Below are positions 31,466 to 41,552 of a DNA stretch of 64,000 nt, in pieces. The notes below the pieces were generated by a model that searched no databases, was not told the origin of the DNA, and was given only the letters and a program-made list of their open reading frames with translations. This stretch comes from Actinomycetes bacterium. Lineage in GTDB: Bacteria > Actinomycetota > Acidimicrobiia > Acidimicrobiales > Bog-793. Within the stretch, counting starts at the first letter, position 1. Each line of letters starts with the position of its first letter. The stretch spans positions 6,441-70,440 of the forward strand of contig JAKCCH010000002.1 of assembly GCA_021838945.1 (NCBI GenBank), in the 5' to 3' direction. The position numbers and the translations under genes were made by a program.

Positions 31466-32881
31466 ATGCCCCTGCACCGAAACGCCCCGAGTCACGCCGA
31501 AGAGCCGCTCAGCGTCCGGCCACAGTTCGCCGGGAACCTCGACCGCGAGATCCCGCGACACGCCCTGCCGGCGAGGTCGATGCCAGCCTCCACCGCCTAC
31601 CAGATCGTCCACGACGAGCTGATGCTCGACGGGAACGCCCGGCTCAACCTCGCAACGTTCGTCACCACGTGGATGGAGCCCGAGGCCGGCAGGCTCATGG
31701 CGGAGTGCGCCGAGAAGAACATGATCGACAAGGACGAGTATCCCCAGACCGCCGAGCTCGAGCGACGGTGCGTGAACATCCTGGCGCGGCTCTGGCACGC
31801 CGACGGTGACGGCGACGCAACCGGCTGCTCCACCACCGGATCGAGCGAGGCGTGCATGCTCGGCGGTCTCGCGCTCAAGTGGCGCTGGAGAAAGGCGCGG
31901 CAGGCAGCCGGCCTCGCCTCGGACCGGCCGAACCTCGTCATGGGAGCGAACGTCCAGGTCTGTTGGGAGAAGTTCTGCCGCTACTGGGACGTCGAACCCC
32001 GCCTCGTGCCCGTCGGGCCGGACGTGGCGCACCTCACCGCGGACAAGGCGGTCGAGCGCTGCGACGAGAACACCATCGGCGTCGTCGCCGTCCTCGGGAG
32101 CACCTACGACGGCGCCTACGAGCCGGTGCAGGAGATCTGCGCAGCGCTCGACCGGCTCGCCGCCTCGGGTGGCCCGGACGTCCCGGTGCACGTCGACGGC
32201 GCGAGCGGCGCCATGGTGGCACCCTTCATCGACGCTGATCTCGACTGGGACTTCCGCCTGCCGAGAGTGCAGTCGATCAACACCTCCGGCCACAAGTACG
32301 GCCTCGTCTACCCAGGGGTCGGCTGGATCGTCTGGCGTGAGACGGCCGCGCTGCCCGAGGAGCTCGTGTTCAGGGTCGACTACCTCGGCGGCGAGATGCC
32401 GACGTTCGCCCTGAACTTCTCACGGCCCGGAGCCCAGGTCGCCGCCCAGTACTTCAACTTCCTCCGTCTCGGGGAGGCGGGGTACCGCGAAGTCCAGCAG
32501 GCGTGCCGGGAGACTGCGTCGTGGCTCGGCGACGAGATCTCGGCGATGCCCGAATACGCGCTCGTGTCCGGTGGGCGTGGGATTCCGGTGTTCGCGTTTC
32601 GGACGGTCGGCACGGCCTTCAGCGTCTACGACGTCTCAGACGCGCTGCGAGCGAAGGGATGGCTCGTCCCGGCCTACCCCATGCCGACCGGGATGGAGGA
32701 CGTGTCGGTGCTCCGCATCGTCGTGAGGAACGGCTTCTCACGCGACCTCGCCCACCTTTTCCTCCGGGACCTGCACGCCGTCACTGATCGCTTGACGGGG
32801 ACATCGGGCGGCGCCGGCACAGGCGGTTCCCTTGGACCGGCCGACGCCGCCCAGAGGGAGCGGACGGCGTTCCACCACTGA
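31466..32881 (+). CDS. gadB: Glutamate decarboxylase (PLP-dependent)
   Basis: YQIVHDELMLDGNARLNLATFVTTWMEPEA, NMIDKDEYPQTAELE, and the PLP lysine motif NTSGHKYGLVYPGVGW. Confidence 0.9.
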   Translation: MPLHRNAPSHAEEPLSVRPQFAGNLDREIPRHALPARSMPASTAYQIVHDELMLDGNARLNLATFVTTWMEPEAGRLMAECAEKNMIDKDEYPQTAELERRCVNILARLWHADGDGDATGCSTTGSSEACMLGGLALKWRWRKARQAAGLASDRPNLVMGANVQVCWEKFCRYWDVEPRLVPVGPDVAHLTADKAVERCDENTIGVVAVLGSTYDGAYEPVQEICAALDRLAASGGPDVPVHVDGASGAMVAPFIDADLDWDFRLPRVQSINTSGHKYGLVYPGVGWIVWRETAALPEELVFRVDYLGGEMPTFALNFSRPGAQVAAQYFNFLRLGEAGYREVQQACRETASWLGDEISAMPEYALVSGGRGIPVFAFRTVGTAFSVYDVSDALRAKGWLVPAYPMPTGMEDVSVLRIVVRNGFSRDLAHLFLRDLHAVTDRLTGTSGGAGTGGSLGPADAAQRERTAFHH

Positions 32882-32926
32882 ATCCGCCGCCCGCTCGGGC
32901 GGCACGGACCGCCGAGGCGCCGAGGG

Positions 32927-33589
32927 TCAGGCTGCGATCGCCCGGTCCCGGAGCGGCGTCGACTGGGCGACGACCGTGGAAGCACGGCGGGTCAAGGTCG
33001 CGAGACCCATCGCGATCCCGCCGAGCAGAATGAGCACGCAGCCCGGGCCGAACATGAAGCCCAGCGTGTAGAGGAAGTGCCACCACGCGCTCGATGGGCG
33101 GATCACCTGCGTGCCCTCGGCGACTGGCCAGGCGGCGAGCGCGAACACGAGCCAGGCGCCGCAGCACGCCGTGACGAGCCCAGTCCAGATGTGCCCGCGA
33201 CCGCCGAGACCGGCTCGCGCCACCGGCGCCCGCGACAGCATCATGAGACCCATCACCACCGCGACGGCACCGGGCGCGAGCCAGATCAGCGCGTGCGGCA
33301 GGTTCCACACCCACGCCTTCGTACCGTTCGCGTTGTAGCCGAAGAGCGGCCCGACGAACGGCACGATCCCGGCCCACGCCCCGAAGAGCACGGTCAGGAT
33401 GCCGACGGTCCCGAGGCTCGCGCCAGCCCCCGGGTTGACGACGGCGGGTGCCGCAGTTGCCAGTGGCGCGGCCGTCGTCACAGGACCGGCCGACCCTGAA
33501 GCCGTACCTGCCGGACCCGGCGTGGCGGCCGGGTCGTAGGCGCCCTCCTCGTATGCAGCTTGTCGTGACCTTCTGAACATCTCACTCAA
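32927..33589 (-). CDS. Hypothetical integral membrane protein (Pro/Ala-rich N-terminus, about 4 TM)
   Basis: G/C-ending codon bias and four clear hydrophobic helices (for example [22 protein letters not shown]). I recognise no family. Confidence 0.55.
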   Translation of the reverse strand: MSEMFRRSRQAAYEEGAYDPAATPGPAGTASGSAGPVTTAAPLATAAPAVVNPGAGASLGTVGILTVLFGAWAGIVPFVGPLFGYNANGTKAWVWNLPHALIWLAPGAVAVVMGLMMLSRAPVARAGLGGRGHIWTGLVTACCGAWLVFALAAWPVAEGTQVIRPSSAWWHFLYTLGFMFGPGCVLILLGGIAMGLATLTRRASTVVAQSTPLRDRAIAA

Positions 33590-33733
33590 CCTCCTGTTCC
33601 CACGGCCCGCGAGCTCCGTGGGCAGCGGTCGCTCTCGCCCCCCTGGTGGAGGGCGTCGCGCAGCGGGTATCGGGCATCCATGCCGTCTAGGGAATACCCG
33701 AGAGCTGCCCCCGACATTCCGTCGCCAGGCGCT

Positions 33734-34163
33734 CTGCAGGTCGAAGTGCTGGTCATCGGGGGTGGATCCGGCGCCGAGGAGCTCTGCCAGGCACTCGCCG
33801 AAGAGTCAGGCTGCGAGCGCGTCCCCTACCGCGTGGCCGTCGTCGAGCGTGCCCTCGTCGGCGGCGAGTGTCCCTTCGTCGCCTGCATGCCGTCAAAGGC
33901 CATCCTGCGCTCGGCGTCGGTGCGCCGCTCGGCCGGGCGAAGCCGAGGTGACGGCCCCTGACGGCACGGCACAGCCGATCACCTGGAAGCGCCTCGTCAT
34001 CGCGACGGGCTCCGAGCCGTCGATCCCCCCGATCGACGGCATCGACCAGATCGGCGCATGGACGAGCGACGACGCCCTCCGCAGCGCCGACCAGCCCGAA
34101 ACGGTCGCCGTCCTCGGAGGCGGCCCGGTCGGATGCGAGCTCGCCGAGGCGTACTCGGCCTTC
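33734..34163 (+). pseudogene. Decayed pyridine-nucleotide-disulfide oxidoreductase (frameshifted, internally deleted, 3'-truncated)
   Basis: Frame A contains [15 protein letters not shown] (FAD GxGxxG) and [21 protein letters not shown] (redox CxxxxC). The homology continues in another frame: [19 protein letters not shown]...[22 protein letters not shown] (NAD GxGxxG). It then runs into non-homologous sequence and stops, so the C-terminal half is absent. Confidence 0.7.
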
Positions 34164-34319
34164 CTCGACCCACCCGTTCCCGACTTACTGCGAAGGCCTC
34201 GAGCCTGCCCTGCACGAGCTACTGCGCCGGTGCGACGCAGCCCCGTGAGCGGACCGTCGTGACTATCGTCAGGAGCGGGACAACGACAGCGGCGTCCACT
34301 CGCCCGCATGGAGGTTCTC

Positions 34320-35432
34320 ATGAGCACCACGGCACCCGACCACGATCCGCTCGACCTCGAAGCCGTCGACGCCATCGAGCTCTGGGTCGGCAACGCGCTC
34401 CAGGCGGCGCACTTCTACCGGACCGGGTGGGGTTTCGACATCGTCGCCTATGCGGGCCCGGAGACCGGGGTGCGCGACAAGGTGTCCTACGTGCTGCAGC
34501 AGGGCAAGCTGCGCCTCGTCGTCACGAGCTCACTTCGCGAGGGCACCGAGATCGCCCGCCACGTCGCCCGTCACGGCGACGGGGCGAGGGACATCGCCCT
34601 GCGGGTAGCCGATGCGGAGGCCGCCTTCAAGGAGGCCGTGCGGCGCGGCGCCGTGCCGATGAGAGGCCCGTGGGACGAGAAGGACGACCACGGCATCGTC
34701 CGCCGTGCCACGATCGGCGCCTACGGCGAGACCGTCCACACCTTCGTGGAGCGTTCCGACTACAGCGGCGAGTTCGCGCCGGGCTACGAAGCCCGCACGA
34801 CCGTGCCGGACCCGCTTCCGCCCGTCGGGCTGCTCGACTTCGACCACTCCGTCGCGAACGTCGAGCTGAACCGGATGAACTTCTGGGTCGACTTCTACGA
34901 GAAGGTGCTCGGGTTCCACCTCATCCAGGGCTTCACGGACGAGGACATCTCGACCGAGTACTCCGCCCTCATGTCGAAGGTCGTGTCCGACGGCGTCGGC
35001 CGGATCAAGTTCCCGATCAACGAGCCGGCACCCGGTAAGAAGCGCTCCCAGGTCGACGAGTACCTGGACTTCTACAACGGACCCGGGCTGCAGCACATCG
35101 CAATTGCCACCGACGACATCGTCTCCTCCGTGCAGGCGCTCGAGGCGCGTGGCCTCGAGTTCATGCGGGTCCCGGACACCTACTACGAGGACCTGCGGGA
35201 CCGCTTCGAGGATCTCGATCTCGATGTCGACGTCCTGGAGCGCTACGGAATCCTGGCCGACCGGGACGACGAGGGCTACCTCCTGCAGATCTTCTCCCGC
35301 ATGAACCAGGACCGCCCGACGGTCTTCTTCGAGCTGATCGAGCGGCACGGATCGCGGGGCTTCGGCAACGGCAACTTCAAGGCGCTGTTCGTCGCGCTCG
35401 AGCGTGAGCAGGAGCGCCGGGGCAACCTCTGA
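34320..35432 (+). CDS. hppD: 4-hydroxyphenylpyruvate dioxygenase
   Basis: ATG 34320 lies 5 nt after GGAGG; the track start 34308 is also possible. IELWVGNALQAAHFYRTGWGFD, HGDGARDIAL, GLQHIA and the C-terminal FGNGNFKALFVALEREQERRGNL are typical HPPD strings. Confidence 0.9.
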   Translation: MSTTAPDHDPLDLEAVDAIELWVGNALQAAHFYRTGWGFDIVAYAGPETGVRDKVSYVLQQGKLRLVVTSSLREGTEIARHVARHGDGARDIALRVADAEAAFKEAVRRGAVPMRGPWDEKDDHGIVRRATIGAYGETVHTFVERSDYSGEFAPGYEARTTVPDPLPPVGLLDFDHSVANVELNRMNFWVDFYEKVLGFHLIQGFTDEDISTEYSALMSKVVSDGVGRIKFPINEPAPGKKRSQVDEYLDFYNGPGLQHIAIATDDIVSSVQALEARGLEFMRVPDTYYEDLRDRFEDLDLDVDVLERYGILADRDDEGYLLQIFSRMNQDRPTVFFELIERHGSRGFGNGNFKALFVALEREQERRGNL

Positions 35433-36610
35433 TGCCGTACTACCGGCGCGTCGGCGACCTCCCGAAGAAACGCCACACGGCGCATCGCGACTCCTCCTCC
35501 CACCTCCGGGCGGAGGAGCTCATGGGGCTGAACGGGTTCTCGGAGGAGAGCGCGCTGCTGTACCACCGCTTCCTGCCGACGGCGATCGTCTCCGCCGAGG
35601 CCGTCGAGTCCGAGCCGCACCGGCTGCACGCGAACCACCCGCTCCTGCCGCGCCACTTCAGGCTCCACGAGTGCAAGCAGGGCGGCGACGCCGTGACCGG
35701 GCGCCAGCTCCTGCTCGCGAACGAGGACGTGCTGATCTCCTATGCCGTAGCGGTCGAGACGAGCCCGCTCACCCGGAACGCCGTCGGAGACGAGCTCGCG
35801 TACGTCGAGTCGGGCCGGGCGACGCTCGAGACCGTCTTTGGCACCATCGAGGTCGGCGCCGGCGACTACGTGGTGATCCCGACGTCGACGACACATCGCT
35901 TCGTCGTGGACCCGGTCGGAGGCGAGCCGCTCCGCGTCCTGTTCGTCGAGGCGGTCGGGCACGTCAACGTTCCCGACCGCTATCTGTCGTCGCGCGGGCA
36001 GTTGAAGGAGGGCGCGCCGTTCTCCGAGCGCGACATCCGCGGTCCGGACGGCCCTTTCGTCGTCGACGGCGAGGACGTCGAGGTCCTCGTCCGCAACCGG
36101 GCCGGGCTGACGCGCTACGTCTACGCGCACCACCCCTTCGACGTCGTCGGATGGGACGGCTGCCTCTATCCCTGGGCGTTCTCCATCCACGACTTCGAAC
36201 CCATCGTCGGACGCATCCACCAGCCGCCCCCCGTGCACCAGACGTTCGCCGGCCCGAACTTCGTGATCTGCTCGTTCGTGCCGAGGCTGTTCGACTTCGA
36301 CCCCGAGGCGATCCCGGTTCCCTACAACCACGCGAACGTGGACTCGGACGAGGTGCTCTTCTACTGCGGCGGCAACTTCATGAGCCGGGCGGGCTCGGGG
36401 ATCGGGCAGGGCTCGGTGTCGCTGCACCCCTCCGGCTTCGTCCATGGTCCGCAACCTGGGAGTGTCGAGGCCGCGATGGGCAAACCGTCGACGGAGGAAT
36501 TGGCCGTCATGATCGACACGTTCAGGCCGTTGCAGCTCGGCCAGGTCGCCCTCGATGTCGAGGACGACGCGTATCCGTGGACGTGGGCTCGCCGGTCAGC
36601 GCAAGGCTGA
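35432..36610 (+). CDS. hmgA: Homogentisate 1,2-dioxygenase (actinobacterial type)
   Basis: The ATG overlaps the hppD stop by 1 nt (TGATG). The N-terminus MPYYRRVGDLPKKRHTAHRD...EELMGLNGFSEESALLYH matches the actinobacterial HGD N-termini I remember. It forms a tyrosine-catabolism pair with hppD. Confidence 0.85.
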   Translation: MPYYRRVGDLPKKRHTAHRDSSSHLRAEELMGLNGFSEESALLYHRFLPTAIVSAEAVESEPHRLHANHPLLPRHFRLHECKQGGDAVTGRQLLLANEDVLISYAVAVETSPLTRNAVGDELAYVESGRATLETVFGTIEVGAGDYVVIPTSTTHRFVVDPVGGEPLRVLFVEAVGHVNVPDRYLSSRGQLKEGAPFSERDIRGPDGPFVVDGEDVEVLVRNRAGLTRYVYAHHPFDVVGWDGCLYPWAFSIHDFEPIVGRIHQPPPVHQTFAGPNFVICSFVPRLFDFDPEAIPVPYNHANVDSDEVLFYCGGNFMSRAGSGIGQGSVSLHPSGFVHGPQPGSVEAAMGKPSTEELAVMIDTFRPLQLGQVALDVEDDAYPWTWARRSAQG

Positions 36611-36823
36611 CATGGCCGCCCGAAAGCGGGCCACATCGAGATCGCCCCGCCTGACCTGGTGCTCTGCCTACGCGCTCCCCTGCTTCGAGACGCAGACGCT
36701 ACGCCTACCCGACCCTCAACGGGCCGAGGCCATCCCTCAGATGGCGGTCCACGCCGCCGCCATCCCGACTCGCCTCACCGGTCGATACCGCCGGCCTGCC
36801 CTGGGGTGGCCGAGGCGGCCGTT

Positions 36824-36899
36824 CTTCGTATCCCCTCGCTTCGTATCCCCTCGCTTCCTTTCGTCGAAGGGCATCCTGAGCCGGACGGGCCCGTCCGGC
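36824..36899. repeat. 15-bp tandem repeat plus a perfect 20-nt palindrome in a 332-bp intergenic region
   Basis: cttcgtatcccctcg at 36824-36838 and 36839-36853, plus a partial cttcc. The palindrome gccggacgggcccgtccggc lies at 36880-36899. Confidence 0.8.
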
Positions 36900-36941
36900 T
36901 GGCCTGAGCGTCCCTGCCGAGGTCGGCTCGTCCTGACGGAG

Positions 36942-37958
36942 TCAGGCCTCGTGGGAAGCGGCCCATGCGAGGAGCTCGCCGGCGGACCCCGTGTTCACGA
37001 TCCGTCTCGCGTCGAGGCCCGCTTCGGCGGCCTGCTCACAACCGAGGTACAGCCACTCGAGCTGCCCCGGGGCGTGGGCGTCGGTGTCGACAGTCACGAC
37101 GCATCCGGCATCCACAGCCTTGGCGAGGAGATCCGGGGGCGGGTCCCGACGCTCGGGGCGTGAGTTGATCTCGACCGCGGTCCCCGTACGGGCGCAGGCG
37201 GCGAACACCGCCTCGGCATCGAACTGCGACTGCGGCCGGCCTCTCCCCACGATCAGCCGTCCCGTGCAGTGACCGAGGATGTCGACCTGCGGGCTCTCGA
37301 TCGCCCGGATCATGCGTTCGGTCATCTGCGGCGCCTCCATGCGCAGCTTCGAGTGCACGCTCGCGACGACGACGTCCAGCTGCGCCAGCAGCTCCTCGGT
37401 CTGATCGAGCGTCCCGTCCTCGAGGATGTCCACCTCGATGCCCGTGAGGAGACGCCAGGGCGCCATCTCCTCGTTCACCTGCGCGACGACCTCGAGCTGG
37501 GACCGCAACCGGTCGGCATCGAGGCCGTGCGCCACCGTGAGACGCGGGCTGTGATCGGTGAGCACGAGGTACTCGTGCCCAAGGGCCCGCGCCGCCTCGG
37601 CCATCTCTCGGATCGGGCTCCCGCCGTCGGACCAGTCAGAGTGCGAGTGGCAGTCACCCTTCAACTGCGCGCGGAGCGCCTCGGCCGCATCCGACACGCC
37701 GTCGCCCTCCTCGCCCTCCAGCTGGCGGAGGTAGGACGGCACGCCGCCCTCGAGCGCCTCCGCGACGACCTTCGCCGTCGTGTCGCCGACGCCCTCGAGG
37801 TCCTTCAGCCGACCGGCCCTGGCGAGCCGCTCGAGCGTCTCGCGGTCGGTCACGTCGATCGTCGCTGCCGCCCGCCGAAACGCCCGCACCTTGTAGCTCT
37901 CCGCCCTCCCCCGCTCGAGCAGGTAGGCGACGCGGCGGAGGGCCTCTGCGGGTTCCAT
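36942..37958 (-). CDS. PHP-domain phosphoesterase with N-terminal helix-hairpin-helix region (PolX-related, no polymerase core)
   Basis: In-frame ATG 37958 (MEPAEALRRVAYLLE). HhH: LKDLEGVGDTTAKVV. PHP motifs: GDCHSHSDWSDG, LVLTDHSP and VTVDTDAHAP. Confidence 0.8.
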   Translation of the reverse strand: MEPAEALRRVAYLLERGRAESYKVRAFRRAAATIDVTDRETLERLARAGRLKDLEGVGDTTAKVVAEALEGGVPSYLRQLEGEEGDGVSDAAEALRAQLKGDCHSHSDWSDGGSPIREMAEAARALGHEYLVLTDHSPRLTVAHGLDADRLRSQLEVVAQVNEEMAPWRLLTGIEVDILEDGTLDQTEELLAQLDVVVASVHSKLRMEAPQMTERMIRAIESPQVDILGHCTGRLIVGRGRPQSQFDAEAVFAACARTGTAVEINSRPERRDPPPDLLAKAVDAGCVVTVDTDAHAPGQLEWLYLGCEQAAEAGLDARRIVNTGSAGELLAWAASHEA

Positions 37959-38007
37959 CGCCGGGTGACCGTACCTGCTCACCGCCGCTCCGTGGCACGA
38001 TGGCCGG

Positions 38008-39663
38008 GTGAGGGTCGACGCCGTGTACCGGGGGCGGATCGTGAGCTGGGACGATGCCCGCCCGATGTCGACGGCGATGGCGGTCCAAGACGGGAGGGTC
38101 GTGGCCCTCGGAGGCGAAGCCGAGGCCCTCGCCGGCGACGCAGGCGAGCGTGAGGACTTCGGCGCGGCATACCTGTTCCCCGGCTTCCACGACGCCCACT
38201 GCCACACGACCGCCTTCGGGCTCTCGCTCGGGCAGCTCGACGTCTCGAGCCCGCCGGTGTCGTCCCTCGACGACGTCTACGCCGTGGTCGCCGGCGGAGC
38301 GGCTGTGGCGGACTCGGAGGGACGACGCCACGACTGGGTCATCGGAAGCGGCTACGACCAGAACAAGCTCGGTGGGCAGCATCCGTCCCGGGCCGCTCTC
38401 GACGCCGCCGCGGGCGATCATCCGGTCTGGCTCACCCACACGTCCGGTCACATGTGCGTCGTCAACTCGGCGACCCTGGCGCTCATCGGCCCCCGCCTCG
38501 ACGAACCGATCGAGGGAGGCGTGGTCCTGCGGGACCCTGCCGGCGCGCCGACCGGGCTCCTCCAGGAGCGGGCGCAGGGTCTCGTACGAGACCTGGTCCT
38601 GCCTCGCTCGCTCGAGTCGATCGCTCAGGCCATCGGCGACGCCCACGACCGCTACCTCTCCGAGGGGATCACGTCGGTGTGCGACGCCGGGATCGGCGGC
38701 GGGTGGATCGGCCAGAGCCCTCTCGAGCTCGCCGCCTACCAGCTCGCTCGAGACACGGGCAGGCTGAAGGTCCGTTCGACGGTCATGCTCTCATCGGACC
38801 TCCTCGAGCCGATCGTCGGGCACGCCGACGACTTCCCCGGAGCCGTACCCGTCCGCGGGCTGCCAGCGGGCCTGCGGAGCGGGCTCGGTGACGACCGGCT
38901 CCGGCTCGGGCCGGTGAAGGTCTTCTCCGACGGATCGCTCATCGGGCGCACGTGCTGGATGGAGCACGGTTTCGATGACGACCCCGCCAACACGGGCTTC
39001 CCGCAGGCGGACCCGGAACGCCTGCGCAGCCTCATCATCGGGGCGCACCTCGCCGGATGGCAGGTCGCGACGCACGCGATCGGGGACGCGGCGGTGCGTT
39101 TCGTACTGGACTGCTACGAGGAAGCGCTCTCGCTCGTTCCCCGTGACGACCACAGGCACCGGATCGAGCACTGTGGGATCACGCCGTCCGACTCGCTCCA
39201 GAGACTCGTCGACCTCGGCGTCGTCCCGGTGCCACAGGGCCGGTTCATCGGCGAGATCGGTGACGGGATGCTCGCCGCGCTCGGGCCCGAGCGGGCGGCC
39301 TACGCCTACCGACTGCGCAGCTTCCTCGAGGCGGGCATCGTCCTTCCCGGCAGCTCGGACCGGCCCGTCGTGGATGGGCGTCCGCTCCTCGGCATCGCGG
39401 ACATGGTGAGGAGGTCGACCCAGTCGGGGGCGCCGTTCGCCGAGGGCGAGGCGCTCACCGCCGAGCAGGCGATGCGGGCATACTCGGCGGGGTCCGCGCA
39501 TGCCGAGCGGACCGAGCGCGAGCGAGGGTCGCTCCGCCTCGGTCAGCTGGCAGACTTCGTCGTCCTGGCCGACGATCCGCGCGCGGTCGATCCGATCGAC
39601 ATCGCGTCGGTGCCGGTGATAGCGACGTCCGTCGGCGGCCGGATCGCGCACGACGCGCGCTGA
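38008..39663 (+). CDS. Amidohydrolase-family (amidohydrolase_3) metal-dependent hydrolase
   Basis: GTG start. PGFHDAHCHT metal motif, ATHAIGD, HRIEHC and GSSDRPV. Confidence 0.8.
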   Translation: MRVDAVYRGRIVSWDDARPMSTAMAVQDGRVVALGGEAEALAGDAGEREDFGAAYLFPGFHDAHCHTTAFGLSLGQLDVSSPPVSSLDDVYAVVAGGAAVADSEGRRHDWVIGSGYDQNKLGGQHPSRAALDAAAGDHPVWLTHTSGHMCVVNSATLALIGPRLDEPIEGGVVLRDPAGAPTGLLQERAQGLVRDLVLPRSLESIAQAIGDAHDRYLSEGITSVCDAGIGGGWIGQSPLELAAYQLARDTGRLKVRSTVMLSSDLLEPIVGHADDFPGAVPVRGLPAGLRSGLGDDRLRLGPVKVFSDGSLIGRTCWMEHGFDDDPANTGFPQADPERLRSLIIGAHLAGWQVATHAIGDAAVRFVLDCYEEALSLVPRDDHRHRIEHCGITPSDSLQRLVDLGVVPVPQGRFIGEIGDGMLAALGPERAAYAYRLRSFLEAGIVLPGSSDRPVVDGRPLLGIADMVRRSTQSGAPFAEGEALTAEQAMRAYSAGSAHAERTERERGSLRLGQLADFVVLADDPRAVDPIDIASVPVIATSVGGRIAHDAR

Positions 39664-39733
39664 AGCGCCGCCGACCAACGCCGCCCAACGGCGGCCTACG
39701 GGCGACCGACACGAGGAGAAGGCGAGGACGACG

Positions 39734-40675
39734 ATGCCCGAGGCGTACCACTGGATCAGCCAGAGCAACGTGACAGATCCCGGGACCTTGAAGGCCGCCT
39801 TGGACGAGCTGCCCGACGGCCTCGCCGGCCTGCAGAGGCTCAGCCAAGAGCTCGTCTTCCACTACCGGGCCGGCGGCGACTGGGACGCGGCCGGTGTCGC
39901 TCGGGACCGCATCCGCGAGGTCGACATCCGCTACGTCGAGGACATGCTCCGGCGCCTCACGGAGCTCGAAGGGGACCTGTCGAGCGAACGAGCACCGTCA
40001 CAGCGGATCGTCGGCTGCTGCCGCGACTACACCGTGCTGCTCGTGGCGATGCTGCGCCACAAGGGGATACCTGCTCGTGCCCGCGTCGGGTTCGCCACCT
40101 ACTTCGCACAGGACTGGATCCTCGACCACGTCGTGGCCGAGGTGTGGGACGAGGCGGATGCTCGCTGGCGCCTCGTGGAGGCGCAGGTCGGCGAGGACTT
40201 CGTGCCCGCGGACGGGCCCGGCTTCGATCCGCTCGACATCCCGCGGGATCGTTTCCTCACCGGTCCGAAGGCCTGGCTGGAGGCGCGGGCGGGGGTGCGG
40301 GAGCACGAGCGCTTCGCCGTCGCGCCCGACGTCGACGTCCCGGCGACGAGGGGATGGCCCTACCTGCGCCACAACCTTCTGCACGACCTCGCCGCCGTCG
40401 CGAAGACGGAGATGATCCTCTGGGACGAGTGGGGCCTGATGACCGGCCCGCCCCCGCGGATCTCGAACGCCACCCACGCTCGGCGACAGCTCGAGATGCT
40501 CGACCACGTGGCACGGCTGCTCGCCGATCCCGATTGCCCGGTCGAGAACATCGAGGAGTGGGCTCAGCGGGAGGGGTTGGCCGTGACCGAGACCGTCACG
40601 AGCTACAGCCCGGCGTCCGGTGAGCCGCTCACCGTCGATGTCAGGCGTGCGCTGGGGTCGCTCGACACGGCCTGA
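39734..40675 (+). CDS. Transglutaminase-like cysteine-protease-fold protein
   Basis: Catalytic-triad context IVGCCRDYTVLLVAMLRHKGIPARARVGF and DHVVAEVWD. Confidence 0.7.
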   Translation: MPEAYHWISQSNVTDPGTLKAALDELPDGLAGLQRLSQELVFHYRAGGDWDAAGVARDRIREVDIRYVEDMLRRLTELEGDLSSERAPSQRIVGCCRDYTVLLVAMLRHKGIPARARVGFATYFAQDWILDHVVAEVWDEADARWRLVEAQVGEDFVPADGPGFDPLDIPRDRFLTGPKAWLEARAGVREHERFAVAPDVDVPATRGWPYLRHNLLHDLAAVAKTEMILWDEWGLMTGPPPRISNATHARRQLEMLDHVARLLADPDCPVENIEEWAQREGLAVTETVTSYSPASGEPLTVDVRRALGSLDTA

Positions 40676-40857
40676 CCCGGCGCCCGGGTCGTACACGGCG
40701 GAACGACACACCCACCCGCTACGGTTGCCGAGCCGAGCACACGACATTGGCCGCCGCCTTCGAGGGGCTGAGGATGGCGGATGCCCGGGGTTATCGGGCG
40801 TCCTCACCTCGGGACGCCCCACCGACCCGTGAGAGCTTCAGAAGGACCGAAGAACCC

Positions 40858-41541
40858 ATGCCTGCTGTGTCACGACCACAAGCCAGCTCCGGCGCGCGCG
40901 GCGGCCGCAGTCGCTCCGCCCCCTCCCGCGCACCGGCCGCGCAGCGGATCCAGCTCGCCTACTCGATCCCCGTGCCACTCGGGCAGAGCGGTGTCGCCCA
41001 CGTCGAGATCCGCGTGAGCAACCGGCGCCGCAAGACGTCGCAGGCGCATCTCGAGGCCGGGAAGGTCGTCGTGGTCGTGCCCGCCCTCATGTCGGTCGCC
41101 GAACGGGAGGACGTCGCGGCCCGGCTCGCCCTCCGCGTGCTCGATCAATCCCGGCGCCGGCACGTCTCGTCGGATCGCGATCTCGAACGTCGGGCGCACG
41201 ACTTGGCCGACCGGTACCTCGACGGGGTCCGGCCGACCTCGGTCAGGTTCGTGACGAACCAAGTGAGGCGGTGGGGGTCCTGCACACCCTCGACGGGCGC
41301 CGTCCGCATCTCGTCGCGCCTGGGCACGATGCCGGACTGGGTGCTCGACGCGGTCATCGTGCACGAGCTCGCCCACCTGCTCGAGCCGTCGCACTCAGGC
41401 GCCTTCCGGGCTCTGTGCGACCGGTACCCGCGCGAGGCGGAGGCGGATGCCTACCTGCTCGGCTACGAGCACGGGGCGAACACCGCGGGGATGCCGCTCG
41501 GACCGCTCCCGGAGGAGCCCTGGGGGGCCGGTCTGCGTTAG
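40858..41541 (+). CDS. YgjP-like (DUF45/M48-related) metal-dependent hydrolase
   Basis: In-frame ATG 40858. RWGSCTPSTGAVRISSRL and VIVHELAHLLEPSHSGAF carry the HExxH motif. Confidence 0.75.
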   Translation: MPAVSRPQASSGARGGRSRSAPSRAPAAQRIQLAYSIPVPLGQSGVAHVEIRVSNRRRKTSQAHLEAGKVVVVVPALMSVAEREDVAARLALRVLDQSRRRHVSSDRDLERRAHDLADRYLDGVRPTSVRFVTNQVRRWGSCTPSTGAVRISSRLGTMPDWVLDAVIVHELAHLLEPSHSGAFRALCDRYPREAEADAYLLGYEHGANTAGMPLGPLPEEPWGAGLR

Positions 41542-41552
41542 CGTCCCGATCG

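Noticed and set aside
31466-33589. Looked for a glutamate/GABA antiporter next to gadB; the convergent membrane protein at 32927-33589 was the candidate.
   Set aside because: That protein has only about 4 TM helices and no APC-family features, so there is no evidence for a gad acid-resistance pair.
36611-36631. Possible terminator hairpin GCCCG-aaag-CGGGC right after the hmgA stop.
   Set aside because: The stem is only 5 bp with no U-tract, which is too weak to annotate.
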